A stretch of DNA of 54,889 nucleotides from positions 76,278,552-76,333,440 of the forward strand of contig NC_068989.1 of assembly GCF_001194135.2 (NCBI RefSeq), in the 5' to 3' direction. This document shows, in pieces, positions 37,758 through 49,394 of the stretch (position 1 is its first letter; each line of letters begins with the position of its first letter). Below the pieces are notes generated by a model. The model made no database searches. It saw only the letters and a program-made list of their open reading frames with translations, and had not been told where the DNA came from. The position numbers and the translations under genes were made by a program. The DNA comes from Octopus bimaculoides (taxonomy: Eukaryota).

Positions 37758-37838
37758 TAGTGGTTAAGAGCGCGGGCTACTAACCCCAAGATTCCGGGTT
37801 CGATTCCAGGCAGTGACCTGAACAACAACAACAACAAC

Positions 37839-37879
<41 letters not shown>

Positions 37880-38085
37880 CAACAACAACATCAAAAAATA
37901 CCTTAGGAATGAGAACCCAGGTTCAAAATTTCCCCAAGACACCTGATGAAGGCTGGAGGATACATCAGCCGAAAACTTGTGTTAACAACAAACAAGATGA
38001 GGACAAATATCCGTCAAATATAAATAATGTAAATAATGTAAATAAGGTACATAGTTCCTCATCTCTTAAATATAGAACTGAACAA
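37758..38085 (+). mobile_element. tRNA-headed element with (AAC/AAT)n and a minimal hammerhead (37938-37983)
   Basis: A-box remnant TAGTGGTTAA, anticodon-like loop CTACTAA, B box GGTTCGATTCC (37797-807); then gacac-CTGATGA-a-ggctg...cagcc-GAAA-ac-TT-gtgtt. Confidence 0.72.
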
Positions 38086-38185
38086 TGTATTTGTTTTAAA
38101 TATCAGTTGTTTGTTTTACATAATTTATTTGCTATTTGTTGATTGGCGATATTGGTTAATACTTTTATTCTTGTTTAAACTAAAG

Positions 38186-38438
38186 GTACTTATTCTGGTG
38201 TGACTGGGGTGTAAATCCTAAAATCGAAGTGTCAGATCTGGTTGGCAACAACCGGCGTCCTATTGTCAGTAATAATATGCGAAGGCCACGTGGATTAGTC
38301 ATTGATGCTAAAGAAAGCATGATCTACTGGGTTGACGATGGCCAAGATACAATTGAATGTATTCAATTCAACGGACGTGCGAGACGAACTCTTGTAGAAG
38401 ATCCTCAGGCTGATTTCTATGGAATAGCTTTGTACAAG
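38186..38438 (+). CDS. LRP-like gene exon B (YWTD blades)
   Basis: AG at 38184-85, GTaagt at 38439. GG|G junction with exon A gives PQKG-YLFWCDWGVNPKIEVSDLVGNNRRPIV...PRGLVIDAKESMIYWVDDGQDTIE...FYGIALYK. Phase 2 to 0. Confidence 0.93.
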
Positions 38439-38622
38439 GTAAGTCTTGAAAACCATGGTTTCCTCTTTATGGTAATAGAATAAGGAAATTATTTCACTTT
38501 TAAGAGATTATATGTATGAAATATATACAAAACAAAACTGAAACAACAATTGCTTGCATAATTACAAGATTTGTGGGGAGAGAGAGAGAGATAGAGAGAG
38601 ATAAATAGATAGATAGATAGAC

Positions 38623-38667
<45 letters not shown>

Positions 38668-38759
38668 GAGAGAGAGAGAGAGATAGATGAGATTGTGGTA
38701 TGTTGATACTACTCCACAATACCTTCGGACCTACTCAGAGCAGTTAATCTTCCCCAAAC

Positions 38760-39175
38760 GACGTGCGTTCTTTAAAAGCATCAAGGTCGATGAACAACAA
38801 AAAGGCTGTGGTAAAATAATTATCTCAAAGAGCAGAGAAATATTTTGATTTTAAAATTTTGAACCCACCAAACAATATACGAGTAGCAGTGCATTATTGA
38901 ATGCCACGTGCGATTGCAAATTTGCTATTGGATTGGGTATACTCAAAATAATACAACCAATGACAAACAACCTCAGCAAATATCTTCAGGTGAAGACTGT
39001 GTATGTTATAAAACAACTAGATGATCAGTTACAGCAACCACAGAAATTTACACTGACTTCTGAAATAAAGGATACTTTGAAAGTGTTCGGAAATGCGCTG
39101 ACAAAGGTGAAATTACTGAAGAAATTATCGAAGGAACACGATTTTCATTCAAGGATGGAAGAGATTATTATGGTT
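38760..39175 (+). mobile_element. hAT-like transposase remnant
   Basis: LLNATCDCKFAIGLGILKIIQPMTNNLSKYLQVKTV resembles the hAT/ZMYM1-type 'N.LS..LQ' segment; judged from memory. Confidence 0.45.
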
Positions 39176-39271
39176 TAATTAGATTGTAGTAAATATAATT
39201 TTAATCATACTGAATAATGTGTTCAACAGTCTGAAGTCTCTGAAGATTTTCTGTCTGATATATTGTAGGTA

Positions 39272-39387
39272 GGGTCCCAGATACGATGCAATAATATTTT
39301 GGTCTTTAAATGTATTGGGTGGAAGATCGATTATTTTCAATTATATAAAATCACTGAACAGATTCATTGCGTAATGGGAATGTTAGG
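39272..39387 (+). repeat. Diverged direct repeat, second copy at 40745-40862
   Basis: Both copies contain ATAC.ATGCAATA.TATT.TGGTCTT.AAAT...AGATCGATTATTTTCA.TTATA.AA.ATCACTGAA.AGATT. Confidence 0.7.
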
Positions 39388-39406
39388 GGAAGGTTTCATC
39401 TTTATC

Positions 39407-39490
39407 ATACGAGGTCTGATCAATAAGTATCAAGAATGTTGCCATAGTAATGAAGCTAAAGCAGGCAGAGTAAAGTCACTTGGCAAAGAT
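39407..39490 (+). mobile_element. Mariner-like terminal fragment
   Basis: TA-CGAGGTCTGATCAATAAGTATC start, similar to mariner TIRs; no partner end found. Confidence 0.4.
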
Positions 39491-40299
39491 TGATTTTGAA
39501 CATTGCTGTAAAATATTCCTCATGTATCAATAATAAAGTAATTCCTCAATTGGAAATAGTATAAAACGGTTATGAGAAATATTTGAACTTCTTGACAGAG
39601 CTGCATAAAATCTGATCTTATACTTCGAATAAGCATTGTTTTATTCGTAGCTACCCATTTACATTGTGAGGAATGATAAGGTTAGACGTGAATTATTTTT
39701 TTAAATAATATAGTGTTTGTTAAGTTATCTTGATTGGCACATTGAGCACGTTAACATACTTCTTAACGCACTGAAACAGTTTAACTTGTCGGCTTTTTTG
39801 TTTATATTTTGAAGGTTAATAAGTATATGTCGCCATGGAATTTACTACGTTCCATTATCTTTGCTTCGGCCATGGTAAGACGCGGGTAAAAATGCCAAAT
39901 GAACATCGTTCAATATAATTTACCACATGTAAACATAAGGTTGATATCTTGTCAAAAAAAAAAAAAAGGGTTATTTCAGCTAAATAATAAGATTCTATAA
40001 TTTAAAGAAATGGAGATTGCGAAGATATATTGTTCATAATTTCCTTCTAAAATTGGAATCCTTAATAAAACAGAAAAAATGGCTACAACTAAAGTTCGGT
40101 ATTTAAACTCGGCCAAAATTTATATTTTCTCTTGAAGATGTTATCGATTTTCAAACACAAATGACTAAAATTCCCGATTTAGGAAAGCAAACTTGATATT
40201 ATGAAAGGATTTACACTTGAATGAACTTATATTAAATATTGTTTTTCAGAAACCGATTTTATAATAGACAAATCTAATGAATTATGGGTTGATTTTCAG

Positions 40300-40450
40300 A
40301 ATATATTATTTGTAACAGAACAGAGCCGTTCCGAAGGTCATTTAAATGTATACAGCAAGCTAAATGGCCAACTTATTATCAGCTACACACTGAGTCATAT
40401 ACCTTATGGGATTATTATGTACGATGAAGCGACGCAGCCTGGCAATTCTG
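40300..40450 (+). CDS. LRP-like gene exon C (last blade of propeller 1)
   Basis: ttttcAG at 40298-99, GTgagt at 40451. NILFVTEQSRSEGHLNVYSKLNGQLIISYTLSHIPYGIIMYDEATQPGNS. Phase 0 to 1. Confidence 0.85.
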
Positions 40451-41564
40451 GTGAGTAGTCTGTCAATTTCTGGCGTTAATTTTACTTGCCGAAAAGATCT
40501 CATATATGAAAATATATTTGTATAACGATCGTGAATAGGTTTTTAAATATCCGCTAAACATCTTTTTTAAAACTGATCCTGTCATCTAGCTGTAGATAAT
40601 ATTATATGATTACAAAGTTCTCTGTATTAAGCAGATAAATAACGCGCTAATTGACAAGTATTTTAACTATGCTAAGTAATGTGTTCAACAGTGAGATAGC
40701 ATAGGTCTGCATATTAATTCATACAAGTTTGAGAAATTGTAGTAGTGTTCCATATACAATGCAATAGTATTCTGGTCTTCAAATCTTTTGAGTAGTAGAT
40801 CGATTATTTTCAGTTATACAAGATCACTGAAAAGATTTATAACGTAATATGAATATTAGAAAAAAGGTTTCAACTTCCTTATATATATCCGCTTGTCATT
40901 ATTGTTTGATTGAAAAGCAATCGTAACAGTTCTAATATGGCAAACGAACCCGGTAACTTTCACGAATGAAGACTATATTCATATGGAGAAGAGACAAATA
41001 TTGTTGAACAATATTTATATCAACCAAATGAAAACATGAGATACTGAAAGAGGACAACAGAGTCCCAATTAATTAAAATTGAAAATGAGCAATATGTTAA
41101 AGGGTAGAATAATTGGATCGTTGACAGACGACACAGTCACAACTCCGACGTGGTATTTAAGAATCTGCATATGTTGACGAAGTTGAACAATTTGGAATTG
41201 TTTTCTTTGATGATATCTATGTTAATTCTGAATATAGATTTGTCAATATTTGTACTGGGTCTTTACGTTCTGTGTTTGTTTCAAAACCCACCGAGGTCAG
41301 CGTTGCTTTCACTCTTTCAGGTTCGATAAAATAACAATAAAGTATTGTGGACGTCTTTATCGTCTGTTTCTTTCCCTCTAAACTTGCGACTTCCTTCTAT
41401 TTTAGAAACAGTTCTCACTATGTTCCTTATAACGTCCGCAGAAAACCAATTTTTAAAAATTTATATGATCCTTCTACACTGTTTTCATCAATATTATCGT
41501 CTTTAATGTATTCATTGTATTATTTCAGTTAATACGTTTAAACAAATATATGTCATTTCTGTAG

Positions 41565-41681
41565 AAATTTGTGACGCTCTCGAATGTGAACATTTCTGTG
41601 TCCACAATCCAATCATGGGTCCTGCCTGCCACTGTAGTGAAGGATACGAGTTAAATATCACTGACCATCGGACATGTAAAG
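41565..41681 (+). CDS. LRP-like gene exon D (EGF-like domain)
   Basis: tttctgtAG at 41563-64, GTgag at 41682. EICDALECEHFCVHNPIMGPACHCSEGYELNITDHRTCK has six Cys in EGF spacing. Phase 1 to 1. Confidence 0.92.
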
Positions 41682-41992
41682 GTGAGAACATTACCCGATC
41701 TGACTCAATTGCATGTTTATAACATAAAATATTCGGAATAAATGAAAAATATTTAAACTCTTTTTACATACATTTTGAAACGATGCGCTCATTGTTTTTT
41801 GACACCGCTCTTAAACATCTGCTGGACATTTGATTAAAGGTTTTCTAGTCGATACCATCTCGCTTGTTCTTTTTGAGACATAAACTATCTATCTGCACTA
41901 TTCGTTGCATTCTTTTCTCTATCTTTTCTTTTAGAGAGATTAAGTTGTCATTTGAGATCGACTGTTATTTATAGAATGTTTAGTGATGATGT

Positions 41993-42374
41993 GTGGAGGC
42001 GCAATGACCCAGTGGTTAGGGCAGCGGCCTCGCGGTCATAGGATCGCGGTTTCGATTCCCAGACCGGGCGTTGTGAGTGTTCATTGAGCGAAAACACTTA
42101 GAGCTCCACGAGGCTCCGGCAGGGGATGGTAGCGAACCCTGCTGTACTCTTTCACCACAACTTTCTCTCAGTCTTACTTCCTGTTTCTGTTGTGCCTGTA
42201 ATTCAAAGGGTCAGCCTTGTCACACTGTCACACTGAATATCCCCGAGAACTACGTTAAGGGTACACGTGTCTGTGGAGTGCTCAGCCACTTGCACGTTAA
42301 TTTCACGAGCAGGCTGTTCCGTTGATCGGATCAACTGGAATCCTCGACGTCGTAAGCGACGGAGTGCCGACAAA
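41993..42374 (+). mobile_element. Family C SINE with 11-bp TSD
   Basis: TSD AGTGATGATGT at 41982-41992 and 42375-42385. Confidence 0.93.
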
Positions 42375-42797
42375 AGTGATGATGTAAAAGGCTCCTTTGT
42401 TAGTTCACATTTTAAAATGCATTACTAATTGCATGGGTTCTGACTTCCGATTTTATTCATTTAAACGTCTACTTTTATGTTTGTGTTTTTTTTTTTTTTT
42501 GTTCAAAGTTTATTCCGCTACATTCATGCAAATTGATTCGACTGAGAAGCCACTGCAATCAACACATCACTGCATCTTGCATAGGAGGTAGATCAACATT
42601 AACTTCTTTCCTGCCATGTGATAGGTTGATTAGTGTTATTTGTTTCGGCTTTCTGCGCAGTGTACTAAAATCCTGCTGATGTCAACTTAGCCATTTCATA
42701 CTCTGGAGAACGATAAAGTAAATACTGCATGCACCTTGACTGACAGGTGGATGTAGTGACCTGGCTAACGGTGGTGAGCCTATTTTGTTATCGCAAA

Positions 42798-43115
42798 GGC
42801 ACGTGGGTTAGTGGTTAGGGTATTCGGCTCTCGATCGCGAGGTTGTGAATTCAATTCCCAGCGGTGTCTTGTGTTCTTGAGCAAGAAACTTTATTTCACG
42901 TTGCTCCAGTCCAGTCAGCTGGCAAAAATGAGTTATACCTGTGTTTCAAAGGGCCAGCCTTGTCACACTCTGTGTCACGCTGAATCTCCCTGAGAACTAT
43001 ATAAAGGGTACACGTGTCTGTGGAGTGCTCAGCGACTTGCTCGTTAATTTCACGAGCAGGCTGTTCCATTGGTGAATCAACTGGGACCCTCGTCGTCGTA
43101 ACTGACGGAGTGCCA
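42798..43115 (+). mobile_element. tRNA-derived SINE with CORE-like middle and the family C 3' tail
   Basis: Different head; middle GTGTTCTTGAGCAAGAAACTTTATTTCAC; tail TCAAAGGGCCAGCCTTGTCACAC...GACGGAGTGCCA shared with family C. Confidence 0.78.
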
Positions 43116-43953
43116 TTCATAATGTTATCGGATTCGTTAATTGTAGTATCTTGATAGCATCAATGAAACGATAGAATAAAAATATGCCTTTGCACTAAAG
43201 TGTGATAAATATAAGAATGGAAAGGAGGTGGCAAAACAGATCCCCCTCCTCTCCTCGCTGGTGGATTATCGACTTGTATTTAAAGCGTACACGAAATAAA
43301 AACGAAAGAAAAATATGAACAGTATATAAAGAAACATGATTTATGAATTTATAACCTTGCTGAATATAGTCTACAGTTATAACATCGCAGGAAGGAATTT
43401 TAGCAGCAGTTTCTATAACGTGAGCGACCGGGTATGAAGTGAAGTGCAAACAAAATGCAGTTGAAAACCTTCGGAAACTCTCAGTAATTCAAGCATATGT
43501 AAGGGAGAAAACTCAGAAGAGACAAGGGAGACTACTTTATCATTCCTTTCCCCCACTCTTTCTTTTGTCCTTGTAATAATTGGTTTTAACATGGGATGGT
43601 TTAGCAGAATCATTTGAATATCGAACAAAATGATTTGTGCTAGAATCTCCCCGCTCTTTATGTTCTTAGTACAAATCCACCTGACGGCAACATTGTATTT
43701 CGTCCTTTCAGATATACAGTTAACCAGTTGTTTGCACTTTGGAAATCTTACAACCTACAATATAAAATTAACATAAAAGAAAACAATGAAATTATTAATA
43801 TTTTTATTGTTTTAACATGTGGCAATTCGTCCGTCGCTAGGTTTTGAGTTCAAATTACGCCGAGGTCGACTTTTCCTTTCATCATTTCGGGTTCGATAAA
43901 ATAAGTACCAGTTGGATGTAATTCACTGACCCCAATTGTTGTTGTTGTTGTTG

Positions 43954-43991
<38 letters not shown>

Positions 43992-43993
<2 letters not shown>

Positions 43994-44429
43994 GGCGGCG
44001 AGCTGGTGGAATCGTTAGCATGCTGGCGAAATGCTTAGTGGTATTTCGCCCGTCGCTACGTTTTGGGTTCAAATCCCTCCGAGGTCAACTTTGCATTTCA
44101 TCCTTTCAGGGTCGATGAAATAAGCACCAGTGAAACACTGGGGTCAATGTAATCGATTTGTACCCTCAAAGAAAGGATTATCATTATTATTATTATTATT
44201 ATTACTATTATTATTAGGCAGCGAGCTAACAGAATCGTTAGCACGCCGGGCGAAATGCTTAGCGGCATTTCGTCTTTCTTTACGTTCTGAGTTCAAATTC
44301 CGCCGTAGTCGACTTTGCCTGTCATCATTTCGGGGTCGATAAATTAAGTACCAATTGCATACTGGGACCGATCTAATCGACTGGCCCACTTCCCCAAAAA
44401 TTTTGCGCCTTGTGCCAAGAGTAGAAAAG

Positions 44430-44430
<1 letters not shown>
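43992..44430 (+). mobile_element. Two head-to-tail family B SINEs separated by (TTA)n
   Basis: Heads at 43992 and 44216, each preceded and followed by (TTA)n. Confidence 0.88.
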
Positions 44431-44480
<50 letters not shown>

Positions 44481-44484
44481 GCAG

Positions 44485-44760
44485 TGGATTCTGAATTCCC
44501 CCAGCCTTACCATGTGTATTCCATGGAGGAAGGAATATGTTCGTTCCCACCGAACCTTGCTGATATCGATCTGGAAAACATGACGTTAAGTAAACAATGC
44601 TTTCTTATGGACAACAAGGGATACCTGGCACTGGGGATGCATGCTCGCCGAGACACCTTATATTTCTCAACCAACAATACAGAAAAGTGGATCAATAGAG
44701 TCCGTATGGAGTATGGTGCTTCGTTTGAATATCTAATCGGTGGTGTGGGCATTGTTAGAG
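44485..44760 (+). CDS. LRP-like gene exon E (start of propeller 2)
   Basis: (TTA)n-gcAG at 44483-84, GTaaat at 44761. VDSEFPQPYHVYSMEEGICSFPPNL...RDTLYFSTNNTEKWINRVRMEYGASFEYLIGGVGIVR. Phase 1 to 1, in frame with both neighbours. Confidence 0.85.
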
Positions 44761-45320
44761 GTAAATATGTTACGCTTTTATTTATTAGGTGAAATAGCAT
44801 TAATCATGCAGTTACAGTCCACGTTGTGGTCAAATTTTTGCTGCTCTTCGCCACTCAGCCACAAACTTTTATTCATTTCTTAGGTACCTACAAACGTAAT
44901 TATGGTATAGGATAGTAACATGTTGTTTCTCAGATGTGAAGGTGTGCATATAAAAATGAACTGAGGTAAAGTGAATTATTTTTAAACGGAAATCACAAGC
45001 GCCGTGAAATGGAATTACAGTGAACTAACCTCAAAATATGGCCCCTTGCATTTACTCACATTACTGCACATTTGCATGTAAGACGAATGTCAGCTTAGAT
45101 GTGAGCGATTCTATTAACTGCGAATCAAAATCATAACCTGTAAATACATACCTTGATACTGTGTGGACTGAGATCACTGTTGACAGGCCCCTGATATTTA
45201 CTTAAATGTTAACACTCGTGGTATGCAAACCATTAGCTCCTATTTTGTGTAGCTTCTGTAATTGTTGAGTATATAAACAGATTGGCTGCTTGTTTCTCTG
45301 AGATTGGTCAAATTTATTAG

Positions 45321-45362
45321 ACACCTCTGATGAGAATCTTAATATTCGAAAATCAATTCAGA
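45321..45362 (+). ncRNA. Minimal hammerhead motif, full core but weak helix I
   Basis: acacct-CTGATGA-gaat-cttaat-attc-GAAA-atcaat-TC-aga. Confidence 0.5.
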
Positions 45363-45462
45363 TTTTTAATCACTTTTGCAACCTACGGAAATTTAGCTAA
45401 ATTATCCCTGTTTATAAATCTTCTGTATAGGTTACACATAAACGATAATAATTACTAGTATT

Positions 45463-45870
45463 AAGGAGGTGGCGAGCTAGAAGAATCGTTAGTACGCTGG
45501 GCAAAATGCTTAGCGGCATTTCGTCCGTCCTTACGTCCAAAATCCGCCATGGGCAACTTTGCCTTTCATTTTTCGAGGTCGATAAATTAAGTTCCAAATG
45601 AGCGCTGCGTTCGATGTAATCGACTTACCCTTTCCCCGAAGTTACTGGCCTTGTGCCAAACTTTGAAACCATTATTAAGAAGGCAGTAGCTGGCAGAATA
45701 GGTAGCATATCAGAGAAAATACTTAGAAATATTCCGTTCGTGTACACATTCTGAGTTAAAATTTGCTTTTCGTGATCGTTGAAATCAGTACCAGTTGAGC
45801 ACTAGCGTCGATATAATCGACTTGCCCCTTCTCACCAAATTTTAGGCCGTGTACCTATAGTAGAAAGGGT
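45463..45870 (+). mobile_element. Two head-to-tail family B SINEs
   Basis: Heads at 45463 and about 45677; (TTA)n/(TTTA)n tail follows. Confidence 0.82.
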
Positions 45871-45896
45871 TATTATTATTATAATTATTATTATTA

Positions 45897-45927
<31 letters not shown>

Positions 45928-45945
45928 TTTTTTTCCATGTAACAG

Positions 45946-46099
45946 GCATTGTTCTTGACTGGATTTCGTCAAACCTCTACTGGACTGACAGTCTACTTCG
46001 AACTATAAATGTGGCACGAGCAGATGGCATGTACCAACAGGTTCTGATTGATTCCGATTTAGAGAATCCTGTTGGAATTGCTGTACACCCTGGTAAAAG
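45946..46099 (+). CDS. LRP-like gene exon F (YWTD blade)
   Basis: aacAG at 45944-45, GTaagt at 46100. GIVLDWISSNLYWTDSLLRTINVARADGMYQQVLIDSDLENPVGIAVHPGK. Phase 1 to 2. Confidence 0.93.
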
Positions 46100-46560
46100 G
46101 TAAGTGAGACATTTCTTGATATTATATAACATTAGCAGAATTAGTAGGTTAGTAAAGTCGGTAGAATAATGGACAAAATGTTTAGTTGTCTTTATCGTTC
46201 CTTTTTTTTTTTTTTTTAACCTTCCGAGTTCAAATTCCACCGAAGTCATCTTCGCGTTTTATCATTTCGACTTTGCCGAAATAAGTGCCAGTTATATGTA
46301 CAGGGAAAAAGCGTCAATATAATCTATTATTATATTTTCCTTCCAAAGTTATATCTGTGCTAGGAATCATTGACGAATCTATAGACATTCGGTCGATTTC
46401 TATTATTTATTTTTGTTCCTCTCGACTTTGTGTACTTTCGTTCAGAATTTAAGTTTGTTTTTTTTATGAAAGCTTTCAAGCCAGCTGTCTGCAATATGGG
46501 GATGTAATATGAGTCTAGTCGAATTAATCAAGAACACCCTTCATTATTAAAGTTGGCATC

Positions 46561-46780
46561 AAGACGTCGAGCTGGCAGAATCTATGGTACGCTGGATGAA
46601 ATACCTAGCAGTATTTCGTCCGTCGCTACATTCTGAGTTCAAATTTCGCTGTGGTCAACTTTGCCTTTCAGCCTTTCGGGGTCAATAAATTAAGTACCAG
46701 TTGAACACTGGGGTCGATGTAATCGACTCATTCCCTCCCCACAAATGGCTGCCCTCGTGGCAAAATTTGAAACCATTATT
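46561..46780 (+). mobile_element. Family B SINE
   Basis: GAGCTGGCAGAATC head, CCTTTCGGGGTCAATAAATTAAGTACCAG body, GCAAAATTTGAAACCATTATT tail. Confidence 0.85.
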
Positions 46781-47488
46781 AAAGTTGGTCTTGTGTTTAA
46801 TTGAATACAATAACGAAAAAAAAAATAGACTACAATAGACTGAGATGTTATCCAAAGAAAGGTTACTCCTTTACACCATAAAGAAAGTTGCTAAGCACCG
46901 AGATTTAAAAATCCTCTGGGCGAGGGTACTTAGAAGACATTACCTCACAGTCCCTTTACTTGATAAAAATGAAAACTATTGTTTAAATGTCATCCAAAGG
47001 GAGATTTATCGTTAATCATCACCTTACCCTTTAAACAAGTTAATAAAAGCCTTATAAAGAGCCTCTAGGAAGGAGTTTATAAAATATTTCGTTACGTTTT
47101 ATTTAAATGGAAGAAACTAATTGTTAAATATTAGATTCTTTTGATGTATCATTTACTTTACATTAGGCCACTATTATCTATGTTGCTGGCTGTTCTGTTG
47201 GAGCAACCTCAGAACGGTGATTGTTGTAATATATTACTCACAGTAGCCATTGTCAGTAGAATCAACACTTTTCTACTGAAATACTGGCTTTCCGCTAACT
47301 ATTCGCAACGTCAACCCACTCAAAATGTAAGCTGTAAAATGAACACCATTCAATGAATGCATCATAGTTTGCGGTTGCTGAATAAGATTAGTGTAATGAC
47401 TTTAAATAAGTCAAAGGAAACAAGTTATTACATTTTAAGTGATTGTCATTATTTAGTTACTTTACATAGTGAGTTTAAATCTAAACGT

Positions 47489-47850
47489 TAGGGCAGCGGA
47501 CTCGCGGTCATAGGATCGCTGTTTCGATTCCCAGACCGGGCGTTGTGAGTGTTTATTGAGCGAAAACACCTAAAGCTCCACGAGGCTCCGGCAGGGAATG
47601 GTGGCGAACCCTGCTGTACTCTTTCACCACAACTTTCTCTCACTCTTACTTCCTGTTTCTGTTGTGCCTGTAATTCAAAGGGTCAGCTTTGTCACACTCT
47701 GTGTCACGCTGAATATCCCCGAGAACTACGTTAAGGGTACGCGTGTCTGTGGAGTGCTCAGCCACTTGCACGTTAATTTCACGAGCAGGCTGTTCCGTTG
47801 ATCAGATCAACTGGAACCCTCGACGTCGTAAGCGACGGAGTGCCAGCAAC
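47489..47850 (+). mobile_element. Family C SINE, 5'-truncated
   Basis: TTAGGGCAGCGGACTCGCGG...GACGGAGTGCCAGCAAC. Confidence 0.9.
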
Positions 47851-48777
47851 ACACACATANNNNNNNNNNNNNNNNNNNNNNNNNNNNNNNNNNNNNNNNN
47901 NNNNNNNNNNNNNNNNNNNNNNNNNNNNNNNNNNNNNNNNNNNNNNNNNNNNNNNNNNNNNNNNNNNNNNNNNNNNNNNNNNNNNNNNNNNNNNNNNNNN
48001 NNNNNNNNNNNNNNNNNNNNNNNNNNNNNNNNNNNNNNNNNNNNNNNNNNNNNNNNNNNNNNNNNNNNNNNNNNNNNNNNNNNNNNNNNNNNNNNNNNNN
48101 NNNNNNNNNNNNNNNNNNNNNNNNNNNNNNNNNNNNNNNNNNNNNNNNNNNNNNNNNNNNNNNNNNNNNNNNNNNNNNNNNNNNNNNNNNNNNNNNNNNN
48201 GTCATTATATTCTGTAGGTTGTTTGAACTTCACACTATAAGTAGACGTTTTTGTCCATATATGGCAACATAAAGAAATTATTCACGCGTATATCTTTTAG
48301 ATCCTAATTAAAGAATGTTGAAGATTTAAAGAAATGTCTTGATGACAGATTTTTATAATTTTGAAAGAAAGAATTTAAAACGTAAGAATTTTGGCTCTGA
48401 GTTTGCTGAGCATGGAAGAAGCAATTCTTCCCAGTAGAGAAACCTGGACGAAATGCCGGCAACAGAATAAATTCCGTTAAAGGTTCAACTGCGAGAAATG
48501 AAGAGGATTACAAATTAACTCCAACACTCAAATGATGATTGAATCGAGAAGAAAGCAGCTTGGATCATTGATCGATTATTAACCTCTTCGATAATGACGA
48601 GAAATAAAAATTGTAAAAATCAAAAATTATGTTTGCATTCACAGAGTAGGAACGCCTATCGCACTCTTGGTTTCGAATATAATAAATTATTTGAAGAAAT
48701 TCTTTTTAGGAAATATAGTTATGCATTACATGTTGAATGTGTCATCAATTTATTTTACATATTGATCTATATTGCAG

Positions 48778-48912
48778 CAAGTTATTTTGGACAGATGCTG
48801 GAAATAGTCCTAAAGTGGAATGGTCATACCTTGATGGTTCTGGGCGGTCATTGATAACAAACCGAGATCTTGGCTCTCCATCTCACATCCACATTGACTT
48901 TATGAAAGACAT
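48778..48912 (+). CDS. LRP-like gene exon G (YWTD blade)
   Basis: ttgcAG at 48776-77, GTaagt at 48913. SKLFWTDAGNSPKVEWSYLDGSGRSLITNRDLGSPSHIHIDFMKD. Phase 2 to 2. Confidence 0.92.
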
Positions 48913-49060
48913 GTAAGTAGACCTAAAACAAATAAACCACCAACAAACTGACCTATCACGGTTGACCGACCCAAACAACTACGGAAGCATACAAAATTCA
49001 TATATCTGTTTTAACAAACATTCAAAATTACAATATTAACTACTTATTTATATTTTCATT

Positions 49061-49140
<80 letters not shown>

Positions 49141-49282
49141 ACACACAGACACACGCGCGCATATATCTATATATAGATACATATATACACACATACATCC
49201 AAAGAATAATTAGATACGTTTTGAAATTTAAAATCCATTCATCTTCTTTCTCTTGACATATTTCTTCTTTTATTGTTTCCAG

Positions 49283-49394
49283 TTTATACTGGGCCGATTC
49301 TGCTTTGGGAAACGTGAAAGAATACAATTTCTCAACAGAAATTATTACAGTCTTGGTTCCAAAGAATAGTGGAATCGAAGGATCGATATACGGC
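49283..49394 (+). CDS. LRP-like gene exon H (3' end lost in N gap)
   Basis: tgtttccAG at 49281-82. ILYWADSALGNVKEYNFSTEIITVLVPKNSGIEGSIYG, then the frame runs into the gap at 49395. Confidence 0.88.

Noticed and set aside
15156-47850. tRNA-like sequences as true tRNA genes
   Set aside because: They lack a paired acceptor stem and continue into shared SINE bodies with TSDs or tails.
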